Shown: positions 42,445 through 54,885, numbered from the stretch's first letter. The stretch is DNA of 64,000 nucleotides from Octadecabacter sp. (GCA_028825445.1 JAPKAD010000006.1:39877-103876); one strand, 5' to 3'. A program made the numbers and translations. The notes: generated by a model from the sequence alone, not told the origin.

Positions 42445-44230
42445 ATATGACGCTCTCCATATTGAACTTACAGGCACGACTACTGGTCTAAACCTTATAA
42501 AAAGTAGAACTCAATTAATGCAAAATAATCTTTCACCTATACCAGAACTATTTGTGTCATACGAAAGCGCACAAAAATTTAAAGTAGAAGCGACCGAACT
42601 GACCAGCCACGAACTTACACAGCGCCAAATCTGCGATCTAGAACTACTGATGAATGGTGGCTTTAATCCATTGAAGGGATTTTTGTCCGAAGAAGACTAC
42701 AAATGTGTTGTCGACAATATGCGCACAGCAGACGGCATCCTTTGGCCAATCCCAATCAATTTGGACGTTTCTGAAGCTTACGCAAACACAATTGAAGTCG
42801 GCCAAGATATCGCTCTGCGCGACCAAGAAGGCATAATTCTTGCTACCATGACAGTAACTGACAAATGGGAACCTAACAAAGCACACGAAGCCGAAATGGT
42901 CTTTGGTGCAGACGACGATGCGCACCCCGCGGTAAATTATCTGCACAATCAGGCTGGCAAAATCTATCTAGGTGGCCCCGTCATCGGCATCCAACAACCC
43001 GTACATTATGATTTTCGTGGGAAGCGCAATACACCCAATGAACTGCGCGCACTTTTCCGTAAAATGGGCTGGCGCAAAGTGGTTGCGTTCCAAACACGCA
43101 ATCCACTGCACCGTGCACACCAAGAATTAACATTCCGCGCAGCAAAAGAAGTACAGGCCAACCTACTTATCCACCCTGTCGTCGGTCTCACTAAGCCGGG
43201 TGACATCGACCACTTCACCCGCGTACGCTGCTATGAGGCCGTGCTAGATCAATACCCACAATCTACTACATCTATGTCGCTGCTAAACCTAGCTATGCGC
43301 ATGGCCGGGCCACGCGAAGCGGTTTGGCATGGTCTGATTCGCAAAAATCATGGTTGCACGCACTTCATAGTTGGCCGCGACCATGCAGGCCCCGGTAACA
43401 ATACTGCAGGGGAAAGTTTTTATGGTCCATATGATGCACAAGACCTGTTTCGCAAACATCAGGAAGAAATGGGTATCGAAATGGTCGATTTCAAACATAT
43501 GGTGTGGGTCGCAGAACGCGCACAATACGAATCCATCGATGAAATCAAGGATAAAGAAAGCGTCACGATTCTCAACATATCTGGTACAGAGCTTCGCCGT
43601 CGTTTGTCAGAAGGTCTTGAAATTCCCGAATGGTTTTCGTTCCCTGAAGTCGTAAAAGAATTACGCCGCACGAAACCACCCCGCTTCAAACAGGGATTTA
43701 CAGTATTTTTTACTGGCTTTTCTGGATCTGGAAAGTCCACGATTGCAAACGCCTTGATGGTCAAATTGATGGAAATGGGTGGACGCCCAGTAACGTTGCT
43801 TGATGGTGATATCGTTCGAAAAAACCTCAGCTCTGAACTGGGTTTTTCAAAGGAACATCGCGATCTAAACATTCGCCGTATCGGCTATGTCGCGTCGGAA
43901 ATCACCAAGAACGGTGGTATCGCTATCTGTGCACCAATAGCACCCTACGCCACAACACGCCGCGCAGTTCGTGAAGACATCGAAGGTTTTGGTGCTTTTA
44001 TCGAAGTGCATGTCGCAACGTCAATTGAAGAATGCGAAAAGCGCGATCGCAAGGGTCTTTATAGGCTCGCACGTGAAGGAAAAATTAAGGAATTCACAGG
44101 TATTTCAGACCCTTATGATGTACCGAAGAAACCTGAATTGAGGTTACAAACAGAAAATGTTGACGTCGATAACTGTGCGCATCAAGTAATTTTGAAACTT
44201 GAGAGCATCGGATTAATTGCCGCCAATTAA
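42383..44230 (+). CDS. sat: Bifunctional sulfate adenylyltransferase / adenylylsulfate kinase (start 42383 or 42518)
   Basis: FQTRNPLHRAH, GRDHAG; APS kinase TGFSGSGKST, LLDGD, KGLY, FTGISDPY. Confidence 0.95.
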   Translation: MRGGAEKSRLTEKFLARKLAEYDALHIELTGTTTGLNLIKSRTQLMQNNLSPIPELFVSYESAQKFKVEATELTSHELTQRQICDLELLMNGGFNPLKGFLSEEDYKCVVDNMRTADGILWPIPINLDVSEAYANTIEVGQDIALRDQEGIILATMTVTDKWEPNKAHEAEMVFGADDDAHPAVNYLHNQAGKIYLGGPVIGIQQPVHYDFRGKRNTPNELRALFRKMGWRKVVAFQTRNPLHRAHQELTFRAAKEVQANLLIHPVVGLTKPGDIDHFTRVRCYEAVLDQYPQSTTSMSLLNLAMRMAGPREAVWHGLIRKNHGCTHFIVGRDHAGPGNNTAGESFYGPYDAQDLFRKHQEEMGIEMVDFKHMVWVAERAQYESIDEIKDKESVTILNISGTELRRRLSEGLEIPEWFSFPEVVKELRRTKPPRFKQGFTVFFTGFSGSGKSTIANALMVKLMEMGGRPVTLLDGDIVRKNLSSELGFSKEHRDLNIRRIGYVASEITKNGGIAICAPIAPYATTRRAVREDIEGFGAFIEVHVATSIEECEKRDRKGLYRLAREGKIKEFTGISDPYDVPKKPELRLQTENVDVDNCAHQVILKLESIGLIAAN

Positions 44231-44436
44231 GATTTCAACTTAATCAGCGAGTGTTAGACAGTAAAGTCGCACTAATATTTGTATCAGAACACAAAAAGTA
44301 TCACTATCAAAATAGAAGCGAGACTGAATTCATTCAACGACCGTTTTTTGTCAGCAAACTATAATTTTTTAATTAGGATTTATTTTCTTGATAGCCGACC
44401 CCGGGGTGCGACTAACCAAAACGCTAGGCTTTTTAA

Positions 44437-45322
44437 CTAACCTATTTGATTTTTATTAAATAGCGATGGATTCTCCAACTGCGGAGCCCGACCCACAACA
44501 ATACTTGCCAGTTTGTCATGAGCGACTTGTGCTATATGGAAAATTTATTCGCCTTCTTTAACGATTGGTATCACCGCGCGACCAATAATAAACATCGCAG
44601 ACTGGACCAAAAATCATCACGTAATACGCTTACTAAAACACCCCATCTAGAGTGCGCAGCCACTTGATGGATTGACATTACATCGATACAATAAAGCCTT
44701 TTACAAGCAGGATTTTAAAATGCAAAGTGGCTGCTGGCTACAAACATTCCCTGCAGCACATAAACACCCAATTGTCCCATTGACCCCGGTAAACTGTGAA
44801 TACGCAAAGGGGGAAAGCCAAAATAACTGATGCACCAAACGCCTTCAAGTTCACAAGTACTCAGAGTTTTATGCTTACATGAATTTGTGAAAGGGCCGTT
44901 TGATGAACAGCCACTCAGTGAAGATCAACCTCAAGATCACAACCCTTCACCATTATGCTAAGCCCCTCCTAAACCGATCGCAGCGACAAATATCACAAAC
45001 CTAACTCTGGCAATGAGCCGTTCAATTTGAATAATTAAATGTGAAACCTGATTGTAAAATCGGCACTACCATTAGAATTCTAGGCAGACTTGCCAGCAGG
45101 TTCGATTGTAAAATATGGTGCACTATTTCAATTTCCATTACCTCATTGTCATGTATGATAACGCTTAAAAAAACTATTAGGGCCAGCATTCGACATAGAT
45201 CACATAGAACCAAAACTGAGAGCGCAGAATGTTAGTAGAGAAAGGTGCACATTAACATTACAATGTAATTTAACATTGATAATATTTTCAAAAACCTTGA
45301 ATGGACCACTTCTATTTGTAAT
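44437..45322 (-). pseudogene. Succinylglutamate desuccinylase/aspartoacylase (M14-like) remnant
   Basis: Colinear fragments IVFLSVIIHDNEVMEIEIV...LMVVPI (45022..45213), DLEVDLH*VAVHQTALSQI (~44938), AFGASVIL (~44843), KWLRT, IIGRAVIPIVKEGE*IFHIA (~44589). Confidence 0.8.
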
Positions 45323-45373
45323 TAGTACACTGGCTAAATTTTCTAATTAATAAATACTCTCTCGGAGCTAATA

Positions 45374-45610
45374 TTAATGGACCGTGACAGGCCTCATATC
45401 GTTCTGGAGTGCCAGCATAAATGCCATTTTGCGATCTGCAACTAGCGCTAATTGCTGACCATCGCTATCATGCAAAGCAAAGAGCTGTTCGCGATTACCA
45501 GCAGCCTCACGAACATCATCAGGCAAACCTGAAACATCCACAGATTTTACATAAACAACGCGATCGTTCATCTTGACGCCCAGCTTACCAAAATTAAACT
45601 TCGTATCCAT
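45374..45610 (-). CDS. DUF1150 family protein
   Basis: VVYVK.V...LP, LFALH..DG..LALVADR, VTVH; follows Hsp20. Confidence 0.88.
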   Translation of the reverse strand: MDTKFNFGKLGVKMNDRVVYVKSVDVSGLPDDVREAAGNREQLFALHDSDGQQLALVADRKMAFMLALQNDMRPVTVH

Positions 45611-45613
45611 GAC

Positions 45614-46027
45614 TTAGCCCTTTCTAATATTTATAGTTTGTACCACCGAATCTGGCACAGCGCGGGTCAAATCCACGTGCAGCAACCCATTTTCTGTTAT
45701 CGCTTCACCGACATCAACCCCTTCAGCTAATACGAACGAACGTTGGAATTGTCGCCCTGCAATACCGCGATGCAAAAACACACGTCCTTCTACATCATCA
45801 CATTGCCGGCCACGGATCACCAACTGATTGTCTTCAACAGTGATGGCCAATTCGTCGTCAGAAAATCCCGCAACCGCCAGTGTGATACGGTACGAAGTGG
45901 TAGATGATTGTTCAATATTATAAGGTGGATAGCCATCATTGCCAGATTTAGCAGTCCTATCGACCAACCGCTCCAACTCTTCAAAGCCAAGCAGGAATGG
46001 GTGCGTTCCCAAGGTCAATTTTGTCAT
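45614..46027 (-). CDS. ibpA: Small heat-shock protein (Hsp20, IbpA-like)
   Basis: YPPYNIE, LAVAGF, FLHRGIA.RQF.RSF.L, NGLL. Confidence 0.92.
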   Translation of the reverse strand: MTKLTLGTHPFLLGFEELERLVDRTAKSGNDGYPPYNIEQSSTTSYRITLAVAGFSDDELAITVEDNQLVIRGRQCDDVEGRVFLHRGIAGRQFQRSFVLAEGVDVGEAITENGLLHVDLTRAVPDSVVQTINIRKG

Positions 46028-46085
46028 TCGACACGTCCTTTATTAAAGCGACAGTCTGCTACTTGGCCCCGATCTGGCGACCACA
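46028..46085 (-). ncRNA. ROSE-like RNA thermometer in the Hsp20 5' UTR
   Basis: Minus strand GTCGCTTTAATAAAGGAC: UCGCU pairs with the AGGA SD with a bulged G. Confidence 0.65.
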
Positions 46086-46091
46086 ATTAAA

Positions 46092-46120
46092 ACATGGGGA
46101 TCATTTCAGTGGCTTGCAAG
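46092..46120 (-). promoter_or_regulatory. sigma32/RpoH promoter for Hsp20
   Basis: CTTGCA-15 nt-CCCCATGT. Confidence 0.7.
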
Positions 46121-46213
46121 TCCACAGTGAACGGTTTCCCTTTGTAAAATACTAGTTTTCGCTTATCTTCAGCCATCTAAGGCATTCACTACCATAATAA
46201 GATCGGATTCGGT

Positions 46214-46432
46214 ATGAACAGCGACGCGCGTATGGAACAGCTTGATGTCTTGCGCATCGAGCTCGGCGTTTATCGCCAAGAACACTGCGATCTAGATGAC
46301 GCCATTCACGCGCTTCAGGACACGGGCAAGGCAAACATGTTGACCATAAAACGTCTTAAGAAGCAAAAGTTGGCTTTAAAAGACAAGATCGCTTTTCTCG
46401 AAGATCGGATTATCCCTGATATAACCGCCTGA
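46214..46432 (+). CDS. YdcH/DUF465 family protein
   Basis: EHCDLDDAI...RLKKQKLALKDKI...IPDITA. Confidence 0.88.
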   Translation: MNSDARMEQLDVLRIELGVYRQEHCDLDDAIHALQDTGKANMLTIKRLKKQKLALKDKIAFLEDRIIPDITA

Positions 46433-46486
46433 TTGCACCTCACGGTCGCAACGCTATAAAGCCCCTTTGAGATGAAAGGCGCAAAT

Positions 46487-46972
46487 ATGACACCATCCGT
46501 CGGCATTATTATGGGTAGCCAGTCTGACTGGCCAACCATGCGCGAAGCAGCCACAATTCTAGATGAGTTAGGCGTTACGTATGAGGCGAAAATCGTCTCC
46601 GCTCACCGGACTCCCGAACGCTTATGGTCTTACGGCAAAGAGGCAGCACCCCGTGGCCTGCAAGTTATCATTGCTGGGGCTGGTGGGGCTGCACATTTAC
46701 CCGGCATGATGGCTTCGAAAACTCGCATTCCAGTAATTGGCGTACCAATACAAACCAAAGCATTGTCAGGTGTCGATAGTTTGTATTCTATCGTACAAAT
46801 GCCAAAAGGCTTTCCCGTTGCGACCATGGCAATTGGGTCTGCTGGGGCCGCCAATGCTGCACTTCTGGCTGTCGCAATTCTCGCATTGCAAAACGCAGAC
46901 CTTGCCCAACGCCTTGACGCTTGGCGTGACGCGCTGTCTGCCTCAATTCCGGATGAACCAACCAATGACTGA
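46487..46972 (+). CDS. purE: N5-CAIR mutase
   Basis: [31 protein letters not shown]. Confidence 0.97.
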   Translation: MTPSVGIIMGSQSDWPTMREAATILDELGVTYEAKIVSAHRTPERLWSYGKEAAPRGLQVIIAGAGGAAHLPGMMASKTRIPVIGVPIQTKALSGVDSLYSIVQMPKGFPVATMAIGSAGAANAALLAVAILALQNADLAQRLDAWRDALSASIPDEPTND

Positions 46973-48050
46973 TCCCAAAAATAAAGTTTTAAAACCCGGC
47001 GCAACAATTGGCATCCTTGGTGGCGGTCAGTTGGGCCGCATGCTCTCAGTTGCAGCCTCTCGTCTTGGCTTCAAAACCTGCATCTTTGAACCCCAAAGCG
47101 ATTGCCCCGCATCCCATGTCGCAAATTATCACTTTAAGTCAGATTATTTTAACACCGACGCATTGACTAATTTTGCCAAAGCTTGCGAAGTAATCACCTT
47201 TGAATTTGAAAATATCCCAACTACCGCACTTGATATTATTGAAGAAATCACACCAATTCACCCAAACCGCAACGCGCTTGCTACTTCACAGGACCGTTTT
47301 ACGGAAAAGAACTTCCTAACCCGAATCGGTCTGCAGACTGCGCCATATGCCGCGGTGGAAACTTGTGAAGACCTCGAAAAAGCGATTGATCAAATAGGTA
47401 TGCCCGCGATCCTGAAAACCCGCCGCATGGGGTATGATGGTAAAGGCCAATCACGACTTATGTCGCCAGATGACGCAGCCCAAGCCATGACAGACATGGC
47501 CGGCGCACCTGCCGTTTTAGAGGGTTTTATCGACTTCTCTGTCGAAATCTCTGTTATCGGAACCCGCAGCGCAGACGGAGCTATCTCGTGCTTTGACCCC
47601 GGTAAAAACGTACATCAGAACGGCATCCTACGCTCCACTACTGTGCCTGCCAAACTCAGTCGTTCACAGCGGACAGACACAGTACTTCTGACAGCTAATA
47701 TATTAAATGCACTTGATTATGTTGGGACAATGGGTGTTGAACTTTTCGTCACGCCAATGGGCCTCATCGTCAACGAAATCGCGCCACGTGTGCACAATTC
47801 TGGCCACTGGACTCAAGCAGGCTGCGCCATCGATCAGTTCGAACAACACATACGCGCTATTGCTGGCTGGCCCTTGGGTGACGGATCGCGTCATTCAAAT
47901 GTCACAATGGAAAATCTGATTGGTGACGATGTCAATCGTCTTATGTACATAGCAAAAACAAATACTGCGATCCACCTTTACGGCAAAGCCAGCGTTAAGC
48001 CTGGTCGAAAAATGGGGCACATCAACACTATTACTGGAACATCTGTTTAA
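46965..48050 (+). CDS. purK: N5-CAIR synthetase
   Basis: [37 protein letters not shown]. Confidence 0.97.
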   Translation: MTDPKNKVLKPGATIGILGGGQLGRMLSVAASRLGFKTCIFEPQSDCPASHVANYHFKSDYFNTDALTNFAKACEVITFEFENIPTTALDIIEEITPIHPNRNALATSQDRFTEKNFLTRIGLQTAPYAAVETCEDLEKAIDQIGMPAILKTRRMGYDGKGQSRLMSPDDAAQAMTDMAGAPAVLEGFIDFSVEISVIGTRSADGAISCFDPGKNVHQNGILRSTTVPAKLSRSQRTDTVLLTANILNALDYVGTMGVELFVTPMGLIVNEIAPRVHNSGHWTQAGCAIDQFEQHIRAIAGWPLGDGSRHSNVTMENLIGDDVNRLMYIAKTNTAIHLYGKASVKPGRKMGHINTITGTSV

Positions 48051-48140
48051 ACCCATTTTTCTTTCAAAATGTCCTTAAGAGACACAAGACAGTGAGGGCA
48101 GTGCTACGTATTCACCAGCAACAAGCGTGAACCGCTCGCT

Positions 48141-49255
48141 TGGTAATCCTCCAAAGATTTAGAGTGAAAAAATGTGGGGCTCAGAGATGGAATTTATCTT
48201 TATCTTGAAGGAAGCTAAAAGCGGAATGGCTGTTTTTGATTTGTGCCCGACGCACAGGATGGACAATCCTACGTTTCACAAATGATGCTAAAAATGCGGC
48301 ACGAACCCTTTTTTAGGGGAGCTATAATGTAGCAGTCGCATGCAAAAAGTCCGCGGCAGCAAATCATATATGCTAACCTGCACTCGCAGAATGCTTTATA
48401 AAGGAAGCTCTCACAAAAAAGCAGGTCAGTCATTATTTCAAAGGAAAAAAACTAAAAGGTAGTCAGAAAGTATGGTGACAGCATTATTTTAGCTTGTCTT
48501 GCTTTTGCGATCAATCATGGTTTTTTGGTAAGTATCACTTTTAGCCAACTAAAATGAGGGGGTTTGAGGAATGCCCCCTTTTATTAAATGAAAATTCGTT
48601 TGTTAAACCACGGGTTACGCTGATTAAGGTGCATAAAGCTATGTTATGGGATTGTGGCACCTGTATCTGTGCAATGTGAAAGAGTTTTAATGAAATTATA
48701 AATGGGTCAGTTGATTTATAGTGAACTTAAATTGTGGATCAAACCCAGCAAACAACTTTACCATTAGCGCCACAATCTATTGTCAGTGCCCAATAAACGA
48801 AATCAGATTCAGTTTATAAATTTTATGGCGGATCAGTTGAGTAATGAGAAAACGTTGCAGACGCTAAAAATTCTGATTAATTAAAAATACGATGATTGGC
48901 TATTAAAACTGACTTTTTCACTACAAATTATGCGGGCTCTAACAAAGCTAAGTTAAAGACTGGTGCAAATAACTTTCTGTTGTACGCGTTGGTAATGGTC
49001 AGGTGTACCTCAATCACACGCTCATAAAGTGAACTAGTAAATGCTGCATGAAACTAAGCTACAACCAATTAGAAAAAAGAATACATATACCGAATATTAC
49101 AATCTAACCGCTCACAATGAATGACTCGCACAAGACATTTTTTACAATATTCAATGTGAGCAAGATAATGCAGACTTTAAAAACAAATCAAAAAAATATT
49201 TTCTTTATTCTAGCTTCAAACAGCTACTCAAATGAACGACTGCCGCGTAAACTAT
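48141..49255 (+). mobile_element. Near full-length eroded IS3-family element; ends approximate
   Basis: OrfA: ILKEAKSGMAVFDLCPTHRMDNPTFHK*...IYANLHSQNAL..KEALTKK, with A6G at 48415-48421. OrfB: SIILACLAF, GLWHLYLCNVKEF, IYSELKLWIKP, FINFMADQL (~48821), VRVGNG (~48982), YTEYYN. Confidence 0.85.
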
Positions 49256-49261
49256 AAATTT

Positions 49262-50002
49262 TTATTGAAACCCCAGCATTACGCCGCTTAGCGTCAGATC
49301 TGGATTAAACTGACCATCCTTCAAAAAAGCTATAGCCTGACGCATCACTAACAGATTGTTCATCATAAATGTATGTGTCACGGGCAACGTCAAATGGTCT
49401 GTCATTCCGTCGAGCCGAGTAGATGAAACACTCACTTTTCCATCATCTGATCCGTCAATTAAGCTTGAGTAATACGCATTCAGCGATCGATCTCCAGCAA
49501 TTATTCCAAGGTCAAATCCCTTCCACGGCAAACTCAATGGCGCCCCATCGGTACTTAATTCCATACCCGCAGGCCCATTGATCCATTCAAACGGTTCAAA
49601 GTCCCCTAAGGCATCGACAAGTTGTGATCCATCATTAGGTGGCCCCATCATCACAACTCGCCCCATAATGTCTGGCCGTTCATCAGCCAAATAGACACGC
49701 ACCAAAATACCACCCATAGAATGTGTTACGAAATGTACCCGCCTGCTACCACAAGCGGCCACTGCTTTCGGCACGTTTTCCGCCACCAACGTCTGGATGT
49801 CCGCACTAGTTGATGGATAACCGTTGTTTACAACCATATAATCGTCTAACTCTAGCAATTCTTGCAGCGCCAAAAAAGATACTTCTGTACGCGCCAATCC
49901 ATGCAGCAACACAACGCAGTCTTGCGGTGCCATCAAAGCCGCCGTCGCCGAAAACGGTGTCAGTATTAACCAAAATAAATTAAAAATCTTTATCATGACC
50001 AT
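49262..50002 (-). CDS. Secreted alpha/beta-hydrolase (esterase/lipase-like)
   Basis: Signal peptide, VVLLHGL, HSMGG nucleophile elbow, DDGKV, HTF. Confidence 0.85.
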   Translation of the reverse strand: MVMIKIFNLFWLILTPFSATAALMAPQDCVVLLHGLARTEVSFLALQELLELDDYMVVNNGYPSTSADIQTLVAENVPKAVAACGSRRVHFVTHSMGGILVRVYLADERPDIMGRVVMMGPPNDGSQLVDALGDFEPFEWINGPAGMELSTDGAPLSLPWKGFDLGIIAGDRSLNAYYSSLIDGSDDGKVSVSSTRLDGMTDHLTLPVTHTFMMNNLLVMRQAIAFLKDGQFNPDLTLSGVMLGFQ

Positions 50003-50084
50003 TACATAGTTAATTTATCTAGATTGATAAGGTCTGGCTTGCCTGACTTTTCATCACACGCAATTGAAAGCTAGTGATTATATA

Positions 50085-50537
50085 ACTAATACGGCTCTCT
50101 TGCATAATACTAGCAACACACGCCGTCCTCTTATACGATCATAACTTTTTGTTGTTAAAGGCCCACAAGAGCCGTGACGATTTGGGGTGTGCGCTAGGGT
50201 CGATATGAAACCGCATCAAATGCTGCCAAAAAACCTTACTCATAAAGTATTGGAGGAAGCCAGTATGAAGGTCTAAACTTAACTACATTTTCTTGTGAAC
50301 AAGCGTCACAATCCAAACGGCACTTTTCACCAAGTCGAGATGTTCTTTTACTACTCGTTTATTGCAGGGGTAATTGGACCCAATTTAGCAGGATTCAGAA
50401 AAGTCTATAAGACAAATTCATCAAGTGACGTACGTTGAATTGGTAACACTGAATTTGCGGCCAAAATCATTAGTAGACGTGGCCAGGGGTGATGCTGGGG
50501 TGCCTGTGTATGTTCCTTCTTAAAGGTTATCTGCTAA
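50085..50537 (+). pseudogene. NUDIX hydrolase remnant; ends approximate
   Basis: AVLLYDHNFLLL, degenerate Nudix box KPHQMLPKNLTHKVLEEAS (~50208), LVNKRHNPNGTFHQVEMFF, RPKSLVDVARGDAG; several frameshifts and stops. Confidence 0.7.
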
Positions 50538-50540
50538 AGG

Positions 50541-50580
50541 AAGAAACGAAAAGGGCAGCCCCGCTGGGAGCCGCCCTTCT
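50541..50580 (-). terminator. Intrinsic terminator after groEL
   Basis: Minus strand AAGGGCGGCTCC-CAGC-GGGGCTGCCCTT followed by TTCGTTTCTT. Confidence 0.85.
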
Positions 50581-50635
50581 ATTGTGTAGCAGTTAAACTT
50601 TAAAATCTAAGCTGAATTTCAAGAAGAAATTCTGC

Positions 50636-52288
<1,653 letters not shown>

Positions 52289-52335
52289 TTAGCTCCTTTG
52301 AAATTTTGTGAATGTGCGAATTTGAGACAGTCCTA

Positions 52336-52623
52336 TCAGGACATGATACCCATGATGTCGCTTTCTTTCATGATAAGCAGCTCTTCACCGTCGAGGGTGA
52401 TTTCTGTGCCAGACCATTTGCCGAACAGCACTTTGTCGCCAGACTTAACGCCCATTTCGACCAGCTCGCCACTATCTTTGCGCAGGCCTTGACCGCACGC
52501 AATAACTTCACCCTCAGCAGGTTTTTCTTTAGCTGCATCTGGAATGATAAGGCCGCCAGCGGTCTTTTCTTCGCCTTCTGTGCGACGCACAAGAACGCGG
52601 TCGTGAAGCGGTTTGAAAGCCAT
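52336..52623 (-). CDS. groS: Co-chaperonin GroES
   Basis: [26 protein letters not shown]. Confidence 0.98.
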   Translation of the reverse strand: MAFKPLHDRVLVRRTEGEEKTAGGLIIPDAAKEKPAEGEVIACGQGLRKDSGELVEMGVKSGDKVLFGKWSGTEITLDGEELLIMKESDIMGIMS

Positions 52624-52689
52624 TTTAAAAGCTCCTTGCTTATAAATTTCAATTCTTCGCTTCCCTCAGAATTTAGCTGAAGGAGGCAT

Positions 52690-52716
52690 CTAGCACTCAC
52701 ATCATGCGAGTGCTAG
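52690..52716. promoter_or_regulatory. CIRCE (HrcA operator)
   Basis: CTAGCACTC-ACATCATGC-GAGTGCTAG; matches TTAGCACTC-N9-GAGTGCTAA with compensatory outer changes. Confidence 0.9.
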
Positions 52717-52724
52717 CTGCCTTT

Positions 52725-52752
52725 ACGTAGGGGCCTCAACCGAAGCTGTCAA
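52725..52752 (-). promoter_or_regulatory. groESL promoter (RpoH-like)
   Basis: Minus strand TTGACA...CCCCTACGT immediately upstream of CIRCE. Confidence 0.55.
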
Positions 52753-52883
52753 CTGCACAATCAATGGATTTTTACAGGATCATAAAATCACGCAGCCAGA
52801 CCATAGACTCTGTTGTAGCATCAACTTGCTCAGCCGCTATTTAGCTCCAAGATTAAAATATTATTAATCAATAATAATTTATA

Positions 52884-53832
52884 ATTCGACTGTTCGCCAT
52901 TGTATTCCTAACGTTTCTGTCTCTGTCCTATATCTTGTGCAATACATCCTGAGCCGAAGCGTTGGCGGCTTCCATAAATCTCAAAAAAATTAAAGACGTT
53001 GCAGCAACTGCATATTATGGTTTGTGCTACAATAATTGGCAAAAAGATAATGTTAAACTTAAAAACCATCGCCACTATGAATCTTCTTAATTCACACCGA
53101 GCTGACCTCCGCGCGGTACACCTACTGAAACCTGCCAACCATTGCCAGCCGGAAAACTAAACCTCAATGCATGTTCACACGACGCAAAACTCAAATATAG
53201 TAATAATTAAAAAGCGACTCGACTGTGCCAGACCAATTAGAGTTTGAAATTTAAGCGCTGGTGTACAATGACGCCCACGTGCGCAGGATCACATTATATT
53301 AATAATAAAATGTAAACATTTTTTTATCAATGGCATAAACCTTCTGCACTAGTCGATGATTGCCAGTAATTTGGAGCTGGATGGGTTATTAATTAAAAAT
53401 ACAGATGCTCTGAACTTTTCAATAATGGCACTTGAACCGTGTCAAAACATATTGGCGGTTTTACCCTCTAATCCATTTGATGAACAAATTGATGTCATAA
53501 GATACAGCCTGATTGATGCCGATATTCAGACCGCCTATGTCAGTAAATTCATTCCACCATATTCTGCAGAGGATAAAGGGTTATTTTTATATCTAAACGG
53601 CTGCCTGATCAACCTTATGCTAAACTTCAAGTCTTTATTGTTTGAAACGCAAATAACTGAATTTGAAAAAAAACGTCTCAACGACTGCTACACCAATCGA
53701 AACCCTACAACTGATGACAAACCCGCATCTCACGCCCAGATTTTCAGTGACTTTGATATTGTGCATTTTATTGTAGATCAGAGTACTTTAAGCTTGCGAG
53801 ATTATAATGACTTTGCCAATATCCACCATTAA
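52884..53832 (+). pseudogene. TraB/GumN family protein remnant
   Basis: Signal-like IRLFAIVFLTF, TIATMNL (for IGTMHL), and residual ORF 53356..53832 with LDGLL, ALEP, DEQIDVIR and IFSDFDIVHF (for VAVGAAHL); stops in the 5' half. Confidence 0.65.
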
Positions 53833-53838
53833 AATTAC

Positions 53839-54495
53839 CTAAACGTCACCCCAGTCAGCAAGACCCACATTGCCCGCAGCCGTCAGCCTATAAACGCCGC
53901 GTTCCACCCGTGTGAACCACTTATAATGATTATCCGCCATGATCCGCCGCGCATTCTGAACCTCGGTCCATTCAGCAACCTTCGCCCCCTTGCTCGCACC
54001 ATGCACCGCCAAAAAACGTGCGCATTTCAGTGCATCTTGGCGGTACCCAGTGATGATTCCGTGGCGCGTGGATCCGCCTTTGTTCGGATCACCCTCAAGA
54101 CTGTCAAATGCCCGCAACAACACCTTTTTCGTCTTCTTTAATTTGCGCGCCGCGTAGGGACCCGGATCGGCCAATGCTTCCACAAATCCATCACGCAAAC
54201 GAACGGTCAAGACTCCCAACCCCAAACGGCGGGCTAGTTTCACGTTAGATAGTACCATTTTATTTTTACCGCCTGCAGGCACTACAACATAGACATCATC
54301 TGTCACCTCAAGCCGTTTAATTCCTTGATGAAACAACGCCAGAGAGAATCCTAGTTTCAACTCAACTACCACCACGTCATCACCGCGCCGCCCAACAATA
54401 TCAGCCGCTCCTACCTCACCCTTTACGTCATAACCCTGCCCCATCAGGTACGCTTTTACGGGGCCGTATAGATCTGCTTCACACGGTTTATTCAT
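53839..54495 (-). CDS. DUF2161 family putative PD-(D/E)XK protein
   Basis: EADLYGPVK, GYDVKGEV, ELKLGFSL, GDPNKGG, TGYRQDAL. Confidence 0.85.
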   Translation of the reverse strand: MNKPCEADLYGPVKAYLMGQGYDVKGEVGAADIVGRRGDDVVVVELKLGFSLALFHQGIKRLEVTDDVYVVVPAGGKNKMVLSNVKLARRLGLGVLTVRLRDGFVEALADPGPYAARKLKKTKKVLLRAFDSLEGDPNKGGSTRHGIITGYRQDALKCARFLAVHGASKGAKVAEWTEVQNARRIMADNHYKWFTRVERGVYRLTAAGNVGLADWGDV

Positions 54496-54885
54496 AGAGA
54501 AAAAGATAGCAACATTTACCCCCCCAAACCAAGCCACTAACTGGCCTCAATGACCAATATAATTATACTTTACGATATCAATACTGTTGGGCGTACCGCC
54601 CGAACTTCACTCATGTGCTCAACTGTTAGCTGCCTGCGGCTGGCACAGCACCAAACAGGCGGTAATATTACGAATATATCGATTCACGTTCGAATTTTTA
54701 ACTGACGTAAACATCAAACGCCCTGTGAATTATTTAGCATAGCACCTGTCGCCAAAAAAACGTGAGATTAACTGGAGCTATAATCCCTTTCGAGATACAT
54801 GGATGTCACATGTTTGCGTATGGTGACAAATCACAATACCCCGTTTATAGACCGAATAAATACTACATGTTATAGGCGTTTAACC

